DNA of 64,000 nucleotides from Chiloscyllium plagiosum (GCF_004010195.1 NC_057737.1:31428087-31492086), one strand, 5' to 3'; positions 26,331 through 38,861 are shown, counted from the stretch's first letter. Numbers and translations: made by a program. The notes: a model not told the origin generated them from the sequence alone.

Positions 26331-26789
26331 AAGTGGGGGAAAAAGGGGGCAGCAAGTGGTTAGTCAACATTAAGGTCATGATTCTGACATGAGTTATTAA
26401 TCCTCTAAATAAATGGCAGTTCCTTGACCAAATGGAAACTCTTAGTGACGAACAGCTTGGTTAGTGCAGGCTTTTGATCTCATCACTTTAATTTTGAGGC
26501 CCACATAAAAAGGGTTGTAGGGAGCATAAGGCAGATGATGTACTTGTAACAAAGGTTAAATGATTTTTCAAGTTTAGTGGCATTCTGATATCAGTTGAGT
26601 TAATCAGAAGGCTATAATAAGCAAAAGGATGGGGACTACAGAGTCAGTATTTTTTCAGTTATGAGATATCATAATTTTTTAATTTTTTTGGGACAATAAA
26701 CAGATGTGGGGTTTGGAGTGCTTTAATAACTTTTAGAAAAGAAAAGATTTGCAACTTGAAAATCAAGTATTCCATGAAGAAGTTAATCA

Positions 26790-27116
26790 TAATCCCCACA
26801 GTGCTGAAACAGACCATTTGGTCCCAGTCCACACTGACCCTCCGAAGAGTAACCCACCCAGACCCATTTCTCTAACCTATTACTCTACATGTACTCCTAA
26901 CTAACATACCTACACATCCCTGGACACTATGGGCAATTCAGCATGGCCAATTCACTTAACCTGCACATCTTTGGATTGTAGGGGGAAACCAAAGCACCCA
27001 GAGGAAACCCACACAGACATGGGAAGAACGTGCAAACTCCACACAGAAAATCGCCCAAGGCTGGAATCGAACACGTTTTTCTGGCACTCTAAGGCAGCAG
27101 TGCTAACCATTGAGCC
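26790..27116 (-). mobile_element. tRNA-derived SINE (HE1/V-SINE-like)
   Basis: Reverse complement of the SINE seen at 12435. Confidence 0.85.
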
Positions 27117-27794
27117 AAAGAATCAAGAATCTTTCAATTTAAAGAAATTCTACCTGGCAACAGCTCATTGGTTGAGTTGAAGAGTGTTAAAAAAGCTGTG
27201 TCAAGAGCAGCAGAAAGTGAAACATCAAGAGCCTGCAGACAGCATTTCTCTCTCTCCAAAAAAGATAGAAAATGTCAACGATGAAAAGGAATAATTTTGC
27301 AAGACGAGATCTAAGTTCAGCTGATCAATCATGGAATCCCAGGGATACTGTCACCATACCAACAATTGCAGCTCACCACTGCAAAAATCAAAAGGACTGA
27401 AAAAGGACTTTACAGCTTGTGGTTAGACTTTTGAAATTTGTTTACCCCGCAAGATTCTTTCCCACCCATGGACTACATCATAAACCATTTGTCTTTTGTC
27501 TGTCTTAATCATGGCTATGTGTGTTCTGAAGAAAAGTCATTACGGATTTGAAATGTAATGATGTTTCTCTCCTCCTAGATGCTAGCAGACTTGCTGAGTT
27601 TTTCCAACATTTTCAGTTTTTGTTTGGGAGTTAGAAGGTGTATATTTTTTCTTACTACTCATACTAAATTCAAGTGAGATACAATGAAAATAGTTTTTTT
27701 TATGCCACTGAAGGAACCTAGAGTAGTTTACTTTCATTTCGAGTAACAGTCACTCAGACAAATTGTGTTTTGGTGGTCTCGTCTACTACTCAGC

Positions 27795-29225
27795 GACTCT
27801 GACATCCATCATTATGAAATACTTCAAGAGGTTAGTAATGGCACACATCAATCCAACTTTCCAGATTGCCTTGATCTGTTCTAATTCATCTATTGTCACA
27901 ACAGGTTCACAGCACGTCCTATCCCCTTGGCCCTACACTCACCGCTGAACATCTGGTTAACAAGGACACCTATGTCTGACTCCTGTTTATTGACGAATTC
28001 CTGAAGAAGGGCTCATGCCCGAAACGTCGACTCTCCTGCTTCTTGGATGCTGCCTGACCTGCTGCGCTTTTCCAGCAACACATTTTCAGCTCTGATCTCC
28101 AGCATCTGCAGTCCTCACTTTCTCCTCCTGTTTATTGACTTCAGCTTCGCTTTCAACATCATAATTCCATCAAATCTCATCTCCTAACTCTAAGACCTAG
28201 GACTCTGTTCCCCTCTCTGCAACTGGATCCTCAACTTCCCGACCCGCAGGCTGCAATCAGGAAGGAAAGGCAACAACAACCCCTCCACAATAAACCTCAA
28301 AACTGGTGATCCACAAGCATATTCAGCGCTTTTCCATACACCTTGTACATTTAGATCTGTGTGGCCAAATTCAGCTCTGACGAAATTTCTGATGACACCA
28401 ACCAAGCTGTTCGTCACTAAGAGTTTCCATTTGGTCAAGGAACTGCCATTTATTTAGAGGATTACAACAAGGAGACAGACTACAGGAAGTAGATAGATAG
28501 CTTAGCAGCATGGTATAAAGACAACAATCTCTCCCTCAATGTCAGCAAAAACAAGGGAGCTGGTCATCAACTTCAGTAGGAGAGTGGAGGATATGCCCCT
28601 GTCTATATCAATGGTGCTGAAGTAGAGGTGGTCGAGTGCTTCAAGCTCCTAGGTGTAAACATCACCAACTATCTAACTTTGTCCATCCATGTTGACTTTA
28701 CAGTCAAGAAGTACGTCAATGTCTCTATATACTCAGAAGGCTAAGGAAATTCAGCATATCCTCAATGACTTTTTATAGATGCATCATAGGAACTATCCTT
28801 CTGGATGCATCACAGCTTGGTGTAGCAACCGCTCTGCCCAAGACAGCAAGAAATTACAGTTTTGTGAATACAGCCCAGTCCATCAAGGAAAGCAGCCTTC
28901 CTTCCAATGACTCCATCCATACTTCTTGCTGCTTCGGGAAACCAATTATACTCTTTTCCACCCTCTTCCATCAGGCAGAAGATACAAAAGTTTGAAAACA
29001 TGTATCAACAGATTTATGAACAGCTTCTTCCTTGCTGTTATCAGACCTAAGAATGGATCTCTCATATATTACAGTAGATCTTTCTCTGCATCTTCTCTGT
29101 AGCTGTAATACTGATTTTGCATTCTGTTCTATTACCCTGATGTAATAGGAGATTAATCTGGTTAGCATGCAATACATTACTTTTCACTGTTTCTCAGTGC
29201 ATGTGACAATAATAAATCAAATCAT
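27795..29225 (+). mobile_element. Degenerate Rex1/Babar-like LINE fragment
   Basis: LTSIIMKYFKRLVMAHI and LLFIDFSFAFNIII motifs; tail gtgacaataataaatcaaatca. Confidence 0.65.
27995..28124 (+). mobile_element. Short Penelope-derived element with hammerhead core, nested in the Rex-like LINE
   Basis: 15-bp TSD CTCCTGTTTATTGAC at 27980-27994 and 28125-28139; CTGAAGA-A-GGGC TCAT GCCC-GAAA-CGTC at 28001-28028. Confidence 0.8.
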
Positions 29226-29984
29226 TGGGATTTTTATATGTTTTGTGATGATTATGGTACAGTGGGATATAATTATTGGAACACTATTCCCAATCAAGTC
29301 ATAACACTGTATTCAAGGACTGTAAGAATATGCATCTTACTGTGAAAAACAACAGTATGAATGAGTTTCTCCATCTATGAATGTAATAGTATTTATTAGT
29401 CAGAAGCTAGTGTATGACTTCAGTTGAGCGCTTTCCCTATTTTTTATCAATAAAGAGAACTCACATGATCTGAATACTGAATGAGTGGCTAGGGAGAAAC
29501 TAGTCTAACAGATGCTGCGAATTAATCTTATAAAAGTACATAAACAAATTAAGTTAAATTTAAATATTATTTCAAATAAGTTGGATAAGTTAGATGAGGG
29601 ACACTAGTTCAAGGGGACTAAGTAAAACATGTAGAATTTGTATCAGGAAAAAAATGTATTCACAAATTGTCAAGATAAGGAATGGACTAACATATAGAGT
29701 AACAAAGGCAAAGAAATTAGCAAAGAACTGATCATTACAACTAATTAGGCTAGGACATACCAGATAGAAAATAATGTGAATAAGCGTATAATGGCAGAAT
29801 ATTTCTAAAATGGTGAGAGGTTGGCAAGTACGTATCTGGGTATCAGTATTCCCTCTAATTTTCTTACTGTCTGCATAGGTCTCTGAGCTCCTCACACAGA
29901 ACGGGAAGTCAATGCTGCAATCAGTACGTACAGCCACACGGTTTAGCGGGAAATTGCTGGGATCCTTGTTCAGGAGTTATTAAA

Positions 29985-30620
29985 TGCTACCGTGCAGGTC
30001 GAGCAAGCCATTAGAAGGCAAATTACATGTAGCTTCATAACAATGAACTTGATTACTAGAGTAAAAATGTCTTGCTGGAGTTGTATAAATCTTACTAAGA
30101 CCTCATCTGGATTACTTTGTGTAGTTTTGGTTCCCTTATCCAAAGAGGAATATACTTCCCAGATTAATCCTTAGGATAGCAGAATTTTCCAATGAGTGAC
30201 TAAGGAGACTATTTCTGCAATCCCTCGCATTTAAAAGAATAAGAGGTGTGTGATCTTACTGAAATGCACAGTAAATTTCTCTAAGTTTGTACAGGGTGCA
30301 TAGATAAGACGCTTCTCTTGAATGGTGAGTCTAAAACCACAGATTATAACCTCAAAACAACAAATTGGCCATTTAAGATTAAGAAGAGTAAGAATTTAAC
30401 GTAGAGGGTAGTGAATCTTACCAATCCTCTTCCCGAGTGCTGTGGAAGCTTAATTATTCAACATACTCATGACAGAAATCAACAGGTTTCTGGATTCTAA
30501 TGACATTAATGGATATGAAGATAATCCTGAGGTAATGATCAACCATGATCTAATTGAATGATGAAGCAGGCTTTCGATGGACTGAATAGCATACTCCTGA
30601 TCCTCTGTTCCTAACTGGCA
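29985..30620 (+). mobile_element. Old degenerate CR1 3' fragment
   Basis: Remnants of the RPHLDYFV*FWFP motif and the 3' UTR (ccatgatctaattgaatg...gactgaatagcatactcct). Confidence 0.6.
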
Positions 30621-31423
30621 GATAGGTCTTCGAGAATTTCTGGATGGATAAGTTAACAACCTATATAATACTTTTAAAATAATTAAACTTACTTAGGCAC
30701 TTCATAGGAGTATTATACTGTGAAGAAAAATGACACTAAACCTTACATGGCAATACTCAAGATGATGTCAAAACATGATCAAAGAGGAGTATGTTAAGGA
30801 ATAGAGAGATGGGAGAAGACATTTTGTGTAGGAGGGCGGGAGGATATAGGACTTCTAATTTTAAGAGCATTGGTAGCTGAACATCAGAACAGTTAAAATC
30901 AGGATTGCTCAAGAGGCCAGAATTAGGAAGGGGTAATTATCTCAAAAGTTTGTGCAAGTGAAAGAAATTAGAGGCAGGGAGAGGCAAAATTATTGGGGCT
31001 GTGGAATTTAAAATCAAGGATTAGTTTTATCATCAAGGCATTAGGTCAATCTATATCATTGAGCACAGTGGTCATTGGTGACCAGGACTTGGTGCAAATA
31101 AGGAGATGGCAAGCAAAGTTTTGGATTACCTACAGGAAGGGAAGAACATTGAGGTTGGGCAGCAGTGCGTTAGATTAGATAAAATCAAATCTAAAGCATC
31201 AAAGACATGGTATGGGATTTACAGATGTGCTGAGGCAGAATAAAGGTAGAAATAGGCAGGCTGAATTATGTTGCAGATATGCAATCAGAAGCGTGCCTCA
31301 GAAATAAATATGATACCAAGATTGAGAATTAACAGATCAATCATGATCTTATTGAATGGGGTAGACTTGATGGACCAAATGGCCTACTTCTGCTCCTAAA
31401 ATTATAGTGGCTCAGTCTGTTAG

Positions 31424-31817
31424 AGACAAAAAAAAACTGCAGATGCTGGAATCTAAAAATTGCAGGTTAGGTGAATTGGGCATGCTAAATTGCCCATAGT
31501 GTCTAGGAATGTGGAGGTTAGGTCCATTAGTTAGGAGTAGATGTAGAGTAATGAAGTCGGGGAATGGATTTGGGTGGGATACTCTTGAGTGGGTCGGTGT
31601 GGACTTGTTGGGCCAAAGGGCCTGTTTCCACACTGCAGGGATTCTATGCATCCAAAGTAGACAGGTAGGAGGCTGGAAGAACACAACAAGCCAGACAGCA
31701 TCAGGAGGTGGAGAAGTCGATGTTTCAGATGTAAATCCTGAGAAGGGTACACCCGAAACATCGACTTCTCCACCTCCTGATGCTGCCAGGCATGCTGTGT
31801 TCTTGCGAACTCCTGCC
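31424..31817. mobile_element. Penelope-derived fold-back element with a SINE (about 31460-31648) inserted in it
   Basis: 16-bp direct repeat TGGCTCAGTCTGTTAG at 31408-31423 and 31818-31833; inverted arms cagcatcaggaggtggagaagtcgatgtttc / gaaacatcgacttctccacctcctgatgctg. Confidence 0.75.
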
Positions 31818-32011
31818 TGGCTCAGTCTGTTAGCCAATCTCCTTAATGGCACCCCTTTGGCAGTAATGAAATCCTTGATACTTTTTGTTAAGAACTTGGG
31901 AATTTATTTTCTGACAATGGCCTTTCAAACATATGTAGAAGCGCCTGCTACTTTAGACTTGAAAATAAAATGGAAGGAAAATTTTATTTCAATGTGTACA
32001 TCATTTATTGC

Positions 32012-32035
32012 GTGTGTGTGTGTGTGTGTGTGTGT
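32012..32035. repeat. (GT)12 microsatellite
   Basis: Directly visible. Confidence 0.95.
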
Positions 32036-32424
32036 TTGGTGAAGAGAGAACTAACTTTGCTCCCCAATATGTTTAAGACAAGTTCAAAGACAGTTCGAGA
32101 TGGCTAAAATTATTAAGATTATTTCCCAATTCGCATCATTGGCCATTCTGGTTATTATATATCTTGATTGGAGAAATATCCACAAACATCGACGTCAGAA
32201 ATTACAGATGATGATGCAGATTTCACAAACCGACACAAACTAAACCAGGATCAAACAATTCTGAAGGCCTAAACAGTAGAGTTACCCTCTTCTGTCCAGC
32301 TACCCTGTAACTGAAAATGTTACCGCAACATCCCCCAATAAATGATTATCTCCTTTAAATAAGTTCATTTTTCTTTGATCTGGCTCCATCCAGGATTCAG
32401 CCACTGCTCACTGCCAATACTCAC

Positions 32425-32720
32425 CCACAAAGAGCAAGCCCCGGCCTGGAGTTACAGCCACTGCGGTCTGAAGCTGATGGTCAGCCCGGACTATCTAACA
32501 GCGGCCTCACGGTAACCGCGCGGCCGTTCTCGGGACACCAACATGGCCCAGCCACCGGCACTGAGCAACGGCGCGGACTTGGTGCCACCAGTGACAACCA
32601 GGATCCGCTTACTCCGGCCTGACCTGCGCCGCGGCTCCACAGAGCGGAGCGACCAACAGCGGCGGAGCGCACCCTCTCGGCGGGAGGTCAGAACAGCAAC
32701 CCAGGCATCACGACACACTC
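32425..32720 (-). promoter_or_regulatory. CpG island; probable promoter and non-coding first exon of the NF2-like gene
   Basis: GC/CpG-rich stretch in AT-rich DNA, bounded by a consensus minus-strand donor TGG|GTGAGT (intron begins at 32424); no other CpG island between here and the first coding exon. Confidence 0.65.
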
Positions 32721-32889
32721 ACTTCTTAAAACAAAGGAACTGCGGATGCTGGAAATCCCAAACAGAAAGTGCTGGAGTTAGCCAGCAGGTCGAGCAGCAT
32801 CTGCAAAGAGAAATTCATTTGACTCCGCTTTCTCTCCACATATACTGCCAGACTTGTTGAGTTTTTCCAGCATTTGGTTTTCGTTACAT

Positions 32890-34330
32890 CATCCCTTCTC
32901 CCAACAATGCTGCTCTCTCCTCATTCCTACAACAATTCCATCCCTTCTTTCTTCAAGCAATGCCGCTCTCTCCTCATTCCTCCAACAACTCCCTTCCTTC
33001 TCCCAACAATGCTGCTCTCCCCCATTGCACCAACAACTCCCTTCCTTCCTTCTCCAAGTAATGCTTCTCTCTCCTCATTCCTCCAACAACTCCCTTCCTT
33101 CCTTCTCCAAGCAATGCTGCTCTCTCCTCATGGCTCCAACAACTCCTTCTTTCCTTCTCCCAGCAACGCTGCTCTCTCCTCATTCTTCCAACAACTCCCT
33201 TCTTTCCTTCTCCAAGCAATGCTGCTCTCTCCTCATGGCTCCAACAACTACCTGCCTTCCTTCTCCCAGCAAAGCTGCTCTCTCCCCGTTGCTCCAACAA
33301 CTCCCCTCCTGCCTTCTCCCAATGATGCTACTCTCTCCTCTTTCCTCTGACAACTCCCTTCCTTTTCCCAGCATTGCTGCCCTCTCCCCATTGTTCCGAC
33401 ATCTCCCTTCCTTCTTTCCCCCAGCAATGCTGCTCTATGCTCATTGCTACAGCTCCTTTCCTCCTCCGAGCCATGCTGCTCTCCCCTCATTGCTCCAAAA
33501 ACTCCCTTCCTTCTTTCTCCCAGTAATGCTGCTCTCTCCTCATTGCTCCAACAACTCCATTCCTTCTTTCTCCCAGCAATGCTGCTCTCTTCTCATTGCT
33601 CCAACAACTCCATTCCTTCTTTCTCCCAGCAATGCTGCTCCCTCATTGCTCCAACAACTCCCTTCCTTCCTTCTCCCAGAAATGTTCCTCTCTCCTCATT
33701 GCTCCAACAACTCCCTTCCTTCGCCCAGCAATGCTGCTCTCTCCTCATACCTCCAACAACTCCATTCCATCGTTCTCCCAGCAATGCTACTCTCTACACG
33801 TTCCTCTGACAACTCACTTCCTTCCTTCTCCCAGCAAAGGTCTCTCCTCATTCATCCGACAACTCCCCTCCTGCCTTCTCCCAATGATGCTGCTCTCTCC
33901 TCATTCATCCGACAACTCCCTTCCTTTTCCCAGCAACGCTACTCTCTCCTCATTCCTCTCCGACAACTCCATTCCTTTCTACTGCCAGCAATGCTGCTGT
34001 ATCCTCATACCTCCGACAACTCCCTTCCTTTTCCCAGCGATGCTGTTCTCTCATTCCTCTGACAGCCACCTTCGTTCTCCCAGCAATGGTCTCTCTCCGC
34101 ATTCCTCCGACAACTCCCTTCCTTCTCCCAGCAATGCTGCTCTCTCCTCATTCCTCTCCGACAACTCCATTCCTTTCTACTGCCAGCAATGTTGCTGTAT
34201 CCTCATACCTCCGACAACTCCCTTCCTTCTCCCAGCCATGCTGCTCTCTCTTCATTGCTCCAATTCCCTTCCTTCCTTCCCCCAGCAATACAGTTCCATT
34301 CCTTCCTTCCTTCTCCCAACAGCGCAGCTC
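32890..34330. repeat. Pyrimidine-rich minisatellite, unit about 49-53 bp, roughly 27 degenerate copies
   Basis: Unit CAATGCTGCTCTCTCCTCATTGCTCCAACAACTCCCTTCCTTCTTTCTCCCAG, e.g. starts at 33577 and 33630 (53 bp apart). Confidence 0.92.
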
Positions 34331-34396
34331 TCCTAATTTCTCCAGTAACACAACTTTCCTCCTTTTGTTATTATTCACTTCTGGGATGTTGCCGTC

Positions 34397-34589
34397 ATTT
34401 TACACACCACTGACGTGATTAAAATCTTCTCACTGAATATGTATATCAGGCAGTGGTAGCCTTTTTTTTTAGATTAGATTAGATTACTTACAGTGTGGAA
34501 ACAGGCCCTTCGGCCCAACAAGATTTTACACACCACTGACGTGATTAAAATCTTCTCACTGAATATGTATATCAGGCAGTGGTAGCCTT
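34397..34589. repeat. 67-bp perfect direct duplication flanking an antisense SINE tail
   Basis: 34397-34463 equals 34523-34589; the intervening 59 bp is poly(T)-(agatt)n-cagtgtggaaacaggcccttcggcccaacaag. Confidence 0.9.
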
Positions 34590-35042
34590 CTCTGTGACAG
34601 TCACAGATCTTTTTTTGTGAAAGTCCAGTTAGGGTGAGATGTCCCCCAGCACTTTAAACCGATTAAATAATTTTGAATGGAATGGCGATGTTCTAATCTA
34701 ACAGACAAGAGCGAATTTACCCACAACAAACACTCAGAAACAGCAAAATGAATGGATTCTGATCAAGAGTCACTGGAATCTGAATATGTCACCTAGCTTC
34801 CCAGCTCGGCAAACATACCCACAACCATGACAACCAGCAGCCGAGCTACAAATCTATATAAAACATTGAAAAATGTTTTCTTCCCATATATGCTGCCAGA
34901 ACTGCTGAGTTTTTTTTCCAGCATTGCAAGTCTTTGTTTTATTGCAACAATAAGAATGATGAGACAATCTAGTTTTCTCACATTGATTGGTGTGTAGGGG
35001 GGATGGGTGCAATGGATTGGTCAGCACACTGGGGTAACTCTG

Positions 35043-36140
35043 TGTTGTGGTTCTGTTCGCTGAGCTGGGAATTTGTGTTGCAGACGTTTTGTCCCCTGTC
35101 CAGGGGACACCCTCAGTGCTTGGGAGCCTCCTGTGAAGCACCTCTGTGATCTTTCCTCCGGCATTTGTAGTGGTTTGAATCTGCCGCTTCCGGTTGTCAG
35201 TTCCAGCTGTCCGTTGCAGTGGTCGGTATATTGGGTCCAGGTCGATGTGCTTATTGATTGAATCTGTGGATGAATGCCATGCCTCTAGGAATTCCCTGGC
35301 TGTTCTCTGTTTGGCTTGTCCTATAATAGTAGTGTTGTCCCAGTCGAACTCATGTTGCTTGTCATCTGAGTGTGTGGCTACTAAGGATAGCTGGTCATGT
35401 CGTTTCGTGGCTAGTTGGTGTTCATGGATACGGATAGTTAGCTGTCTTCCTGTTTGTCCTATGTAGTGTTTTGTGCAGTCATTGGATGGGATTTTGTACA
35501 CCACATTGGTTTTGCTCATGCAGGGTATCGGGTCCTTCGTTCTGGTGAGTTGTNNNNNNNNNNNNNNNNNNNNNNNNNNNNNNNNNNNNNNNNNNNNNNN
35601 NNNNNNNNNNNNNNNNNNNNNNNNNNNNNNNNNNNNNNNNNNNNNNNNNNNNNNNNNNNNNNNNNNNNNNNNNNNNNNNNNNNNNNNNGGTTTGAATCTG
35701 CCGCTTCCGGTTGTCAGCTGAACACCAACTAGCCACGAAACGACATGACCAGCTATCCTTAGTAGCCACACACGCAGATGACAAGCAACATGAATTCGAC
35801 TGGGACAACACTACTATTATAGGACAAGCCAAACAGAGAACAGCCAGGGAATTCCTAGAGGCATGGCATTCATCCACAGATTCAATCAATAAGCACATCG
35901 ACCTGGACCCAATATACCGACCACTGCAACGGACAGCCGGAACTGACAACCGGAAGTGGCAGATTCAAACCTCTACAAATGGCGGAGGAAAGATCACAGC
36001 AGCGCTTCACAGGAGGCTCCCAAGCACTGAGGGTGTCACTGAGACAGGGGACGAAACGTCTGCAACACAAATTCCCAGCTCAGCGAACAGGACCACAACA
36101 ACGAGTACCCGAGCTACAAATCTTCTCACAAACTTTGAAC
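35043..36140. mobile_element. Penelope-like element, inverted arrangement of GIY-YIG and pseudo-LTR, spans a gap
   Basis: KTNVVYKIPSNDCTKHYIGQTGRQLTIRIHEH on minus; HQLATKRHDQLSLVATH...REFLEAWHS on both strands. Confidence 0.9.
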
Positions 36141-36499
36141 TTTTAACTCCCCTGGCTCTCTAAAATTGCATTATGAAGGGGCAAATTTATCATAAAACCT
36201 GCTAAATGTTTCTAGCAATTTTGTTTTGCAACAAATTTAACATTTCATCAAAAAGAAGGCATCTCTGACACTCGCACTTCATCAAATCCAGAACCTCTGA
36301 TTCAGACGAGAAATGTTAACACTCGAGCGACGGCTGTAACTGACACGTTTGAAATGAAAAAGGTAAAATCAAAGGAATTGGGATGGAATTGAATATAAAT
36401 TTGTATGTATAATCTTACTGGTGAGATCATAAAACCAACTGCAGGTACATTTTAGCTTCGAATGCCAAGTTACCCTCTGGACAGGTCATGGGCGGGATC

Positions 36500-36607
36500 G
36501 TTGTGCGCATGTGCAATCCCCAGGCCGAGATACGGCGCATGCGCTGCTACCAGCGGAAGTGTCCGTCCCTTCCAAATTCTCCATCCGGTAAGAGCGGACC
36601 TGGTAAG
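36500..36607 (+). promoter_or_regulatory. MRPS17: MRPS17 promoter and probable non-coding exon 1
   Basis: NRF1-type TGCGCATGTGCA (36504-36515) and GCGCATGCGC (36535-36544), ETS/GABP CGGAAGTG (36554-36561), candidate donors at 36588, 36603 and 36608. Confidence 0.75.
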
Positions 36608-36859
36608 GTATGTTAATGGTATATCAAGGTGCTTCTTCTATTTGACTGGGAGGCAGTAACTGTTGAGAAGAGAAAAGGAGTATAGGGAAAAAAAATTCTA
36701 TTTTGTTTTAAGACCCCCAACTAATAATTATTGCCAGGTGTTGTACATTCGAATTCTCTGTCTTCTCAAGTTATCTGCAATGTCCGAAGTTCTTTAAAAC
36801 CTTCTGAACTCATTTGTAGATGCAGACGAGAATTTTAAGTGAAGAGGATATAACCAATG

Positions 36860-38570
36860 TTGGTGGTGTTGAAAGGGATCCATCGTTAAGGATGAGGTTT
36901 CTAAATTATTGCAAGAGCAGGGTCGGATTGGAACAAGTCAACATGGATTTAGTAAGGGGAGGTCGTGCTTGACAAACCTTTTGGTTAAACAAGTAGGTTA
37001 GACCAGAGAACTCAGTGGATGTGGTCTATCTAGACTTCCAAAACGCCTTTGATAAGGTGCCACATGGGAGGCTGCTGAGCAAGGTGAGGGACCATGGTGT
37101 TCGAGGTGAGCTACTGGTATGGATTGAGAATTGGCTGTCTGACAGAAGGCAGAGAGTTGGGATAAAAGGTTCTTTTTCAGAATGGCAGCCGGTGACAAGC
37201 GGTGTCCCGCAGGGTTCAGTGTTGGGGCCGCAGCTGTTCGCATTATATATTAATGATCTGAATGAAGGGACTGGGGGCATTCTAGCGAAGTTTGCCGATG
37301 ATACGAAGTTAGGTGGACAGGCAGGTAGTACTGAGGAAGTGGGGAGGCTGCAGAAGGATCTGGACAGTTTGGGAGAGTGGTCCAGGAAATGGCTGATGGA
37401 ATTCAATGTGAGCAANNNNNNNNNNNNNNNNNNNNNNNNNNNNNNNNNNNNNNNNNNNNNNNNNNNNNNNNNNNNNNNNNNNNNNNNNNNNNNNNNNNNN
37501 NNNNNNNNNNNNNNNNNNNNNNNNNNNNNNNNNNNNNNNNNNNNNNNNNNNNNNNNNNNNNNNNNNNNNNNNNNNNNNNNNNNNNNNNNNNNNNNNNNNN
37601 NNNNNNNNNNNNNNNNNNNNNNNNNNNNNNNNNNNNNNNNNNNNNNNNNNNNNNNNNNNNNNNNNNNNNNNNNNNNNNNNNNNNNNNNNNNNNNNNNNNN
37701 NNNNNNNNNNNNNNNNNNNNNNNNNNNNNNNNNNNNNNNNNNNNNNNNNNNNNNNNNNNNNNNNNNNNNNNNNNNNNNNNNNNNNNNNNNNNNNNNNNNN
37801 NNNNNNNNNNNNNNNNNNNNNNNNNNNNNNNNNNNNNNNNNNNNNNNNNNNNNNNNNNNNNNNNNNNNNNNNNNNNNNNNNNNNNNNNNNNNNNNNNNNN
37901 NNNNNNNNNNNNNNNNNNNNNNNNNNNNNNNNNNNNNNNNNNNNNNNNNNNNNNNNNNNNNNNNNNNNNNNNNNNNNNNNNNNNNNNNNNNNNNNNNNNN
38001 NNNNNNNNNNNNNNNNNNNNNNNNNNNNNNNNNNNNNNNNNNNNNNNNNNNNNNNNNNNNNNNNNNNNNNNNNNNNNNNNNNNNNNNNNNNNNNNNNNNN
38101 NNNNNNNNNNNNNNNNNNNNNNNNNNNNNNNNNNNNNNNNNNNNNNNNNNNNNNNNNNNNNNNNNNNNNNNNNNNNNNNNNNNNNNNNNNNNNNNNNNNN
38201 NNNNNNNNNNNNNNNNNNNNNNNNNNNNNNNNNNNNNNNNNNNNNNNNNNNNNNNNNNNNNNNNNNNNNNNNNNNNNNNNNNNNNNNNNNNNNAATTAGA
38301 GGGGGTAAATTCAGAACAGAAATGCAGAGACATTTCTTTAGCCAGAGAGTGGTGGGCCTGTGGAATTCATTGCCGCAGAGTGCAGGGGAGGCCAGGACAC
38401 TAAATGTCTTCAAGGCAGAGATTGATAAATTCTTGATGTCACAAGGAATTAAGAGCTACGGGGAGAATGCGGGTAAGTGGAGTTGAAATGCCCATCAGCC
38501 ATGATTGAATGGTGGAGTGGACTCGATGAGCCGAATGCCCTTACTTTCACTCCTATGTCTTATGGTCTTA
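36860..38570 (+). mobile_element. CR1 LINE (RT and 3' end, spans an 878-N gap)
   Basis: ORF 37015: DVVYLDFQNAFDKVPH...[10 protein letters not shown]...AKFADDTKLGG. Confidence 0.9.
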
Positions 38571-38861
38571 TGGATGATAAGATTTATTTTAAATTTAATC
38601 ATGAAAGAATACATTCATATTAGGTTTTCCGCCGCCCTACTTTCAAGTGTGTTTGAAATCATGATAGAAACAAATACTGATTTGTTTGAAGGAGAAATTA
38701 GTGTAGACCGTGTATCCCAAAGATTGGCAAATCTTATCAAACTATAAGTCTCTTTAGCTGTTTGCAACATGCAAGGTACTGACTATGCAACCAATATGTT
38801 CTTGCAAAGCTCCAAACAATGTCCAACATAAAATATGTGATTGGACAACATTTCCTAAATA

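Noticed and set aside
32890-34330. Regular 50-bp periodicity as a possible CRISPR array
   Set aside because: No unique spacers, the units are degenerate tandem copies, there are no cas genes and the context is eukaryotic.
32854-34418. 402-aa, 246-aa and other Leu/Ser/Pro-rich ORFs
   Set aside because: They are translations of the pyrimidine-rich minisatellite, whose unit lacks stop codons; several frames are open at once.
35080-36065. Hammerhead motifs in the intergenic Penelope
   Set aside because: Core mutated in both copies (CTGAGGG; the left copy also has AAAA in place of GAAA), so not called as intact ribozymes.
37015-38486. ORFs of 336-462 aa
   Set aside because: Their length comes from an N gap; the real parts are CR1 RT fragments.
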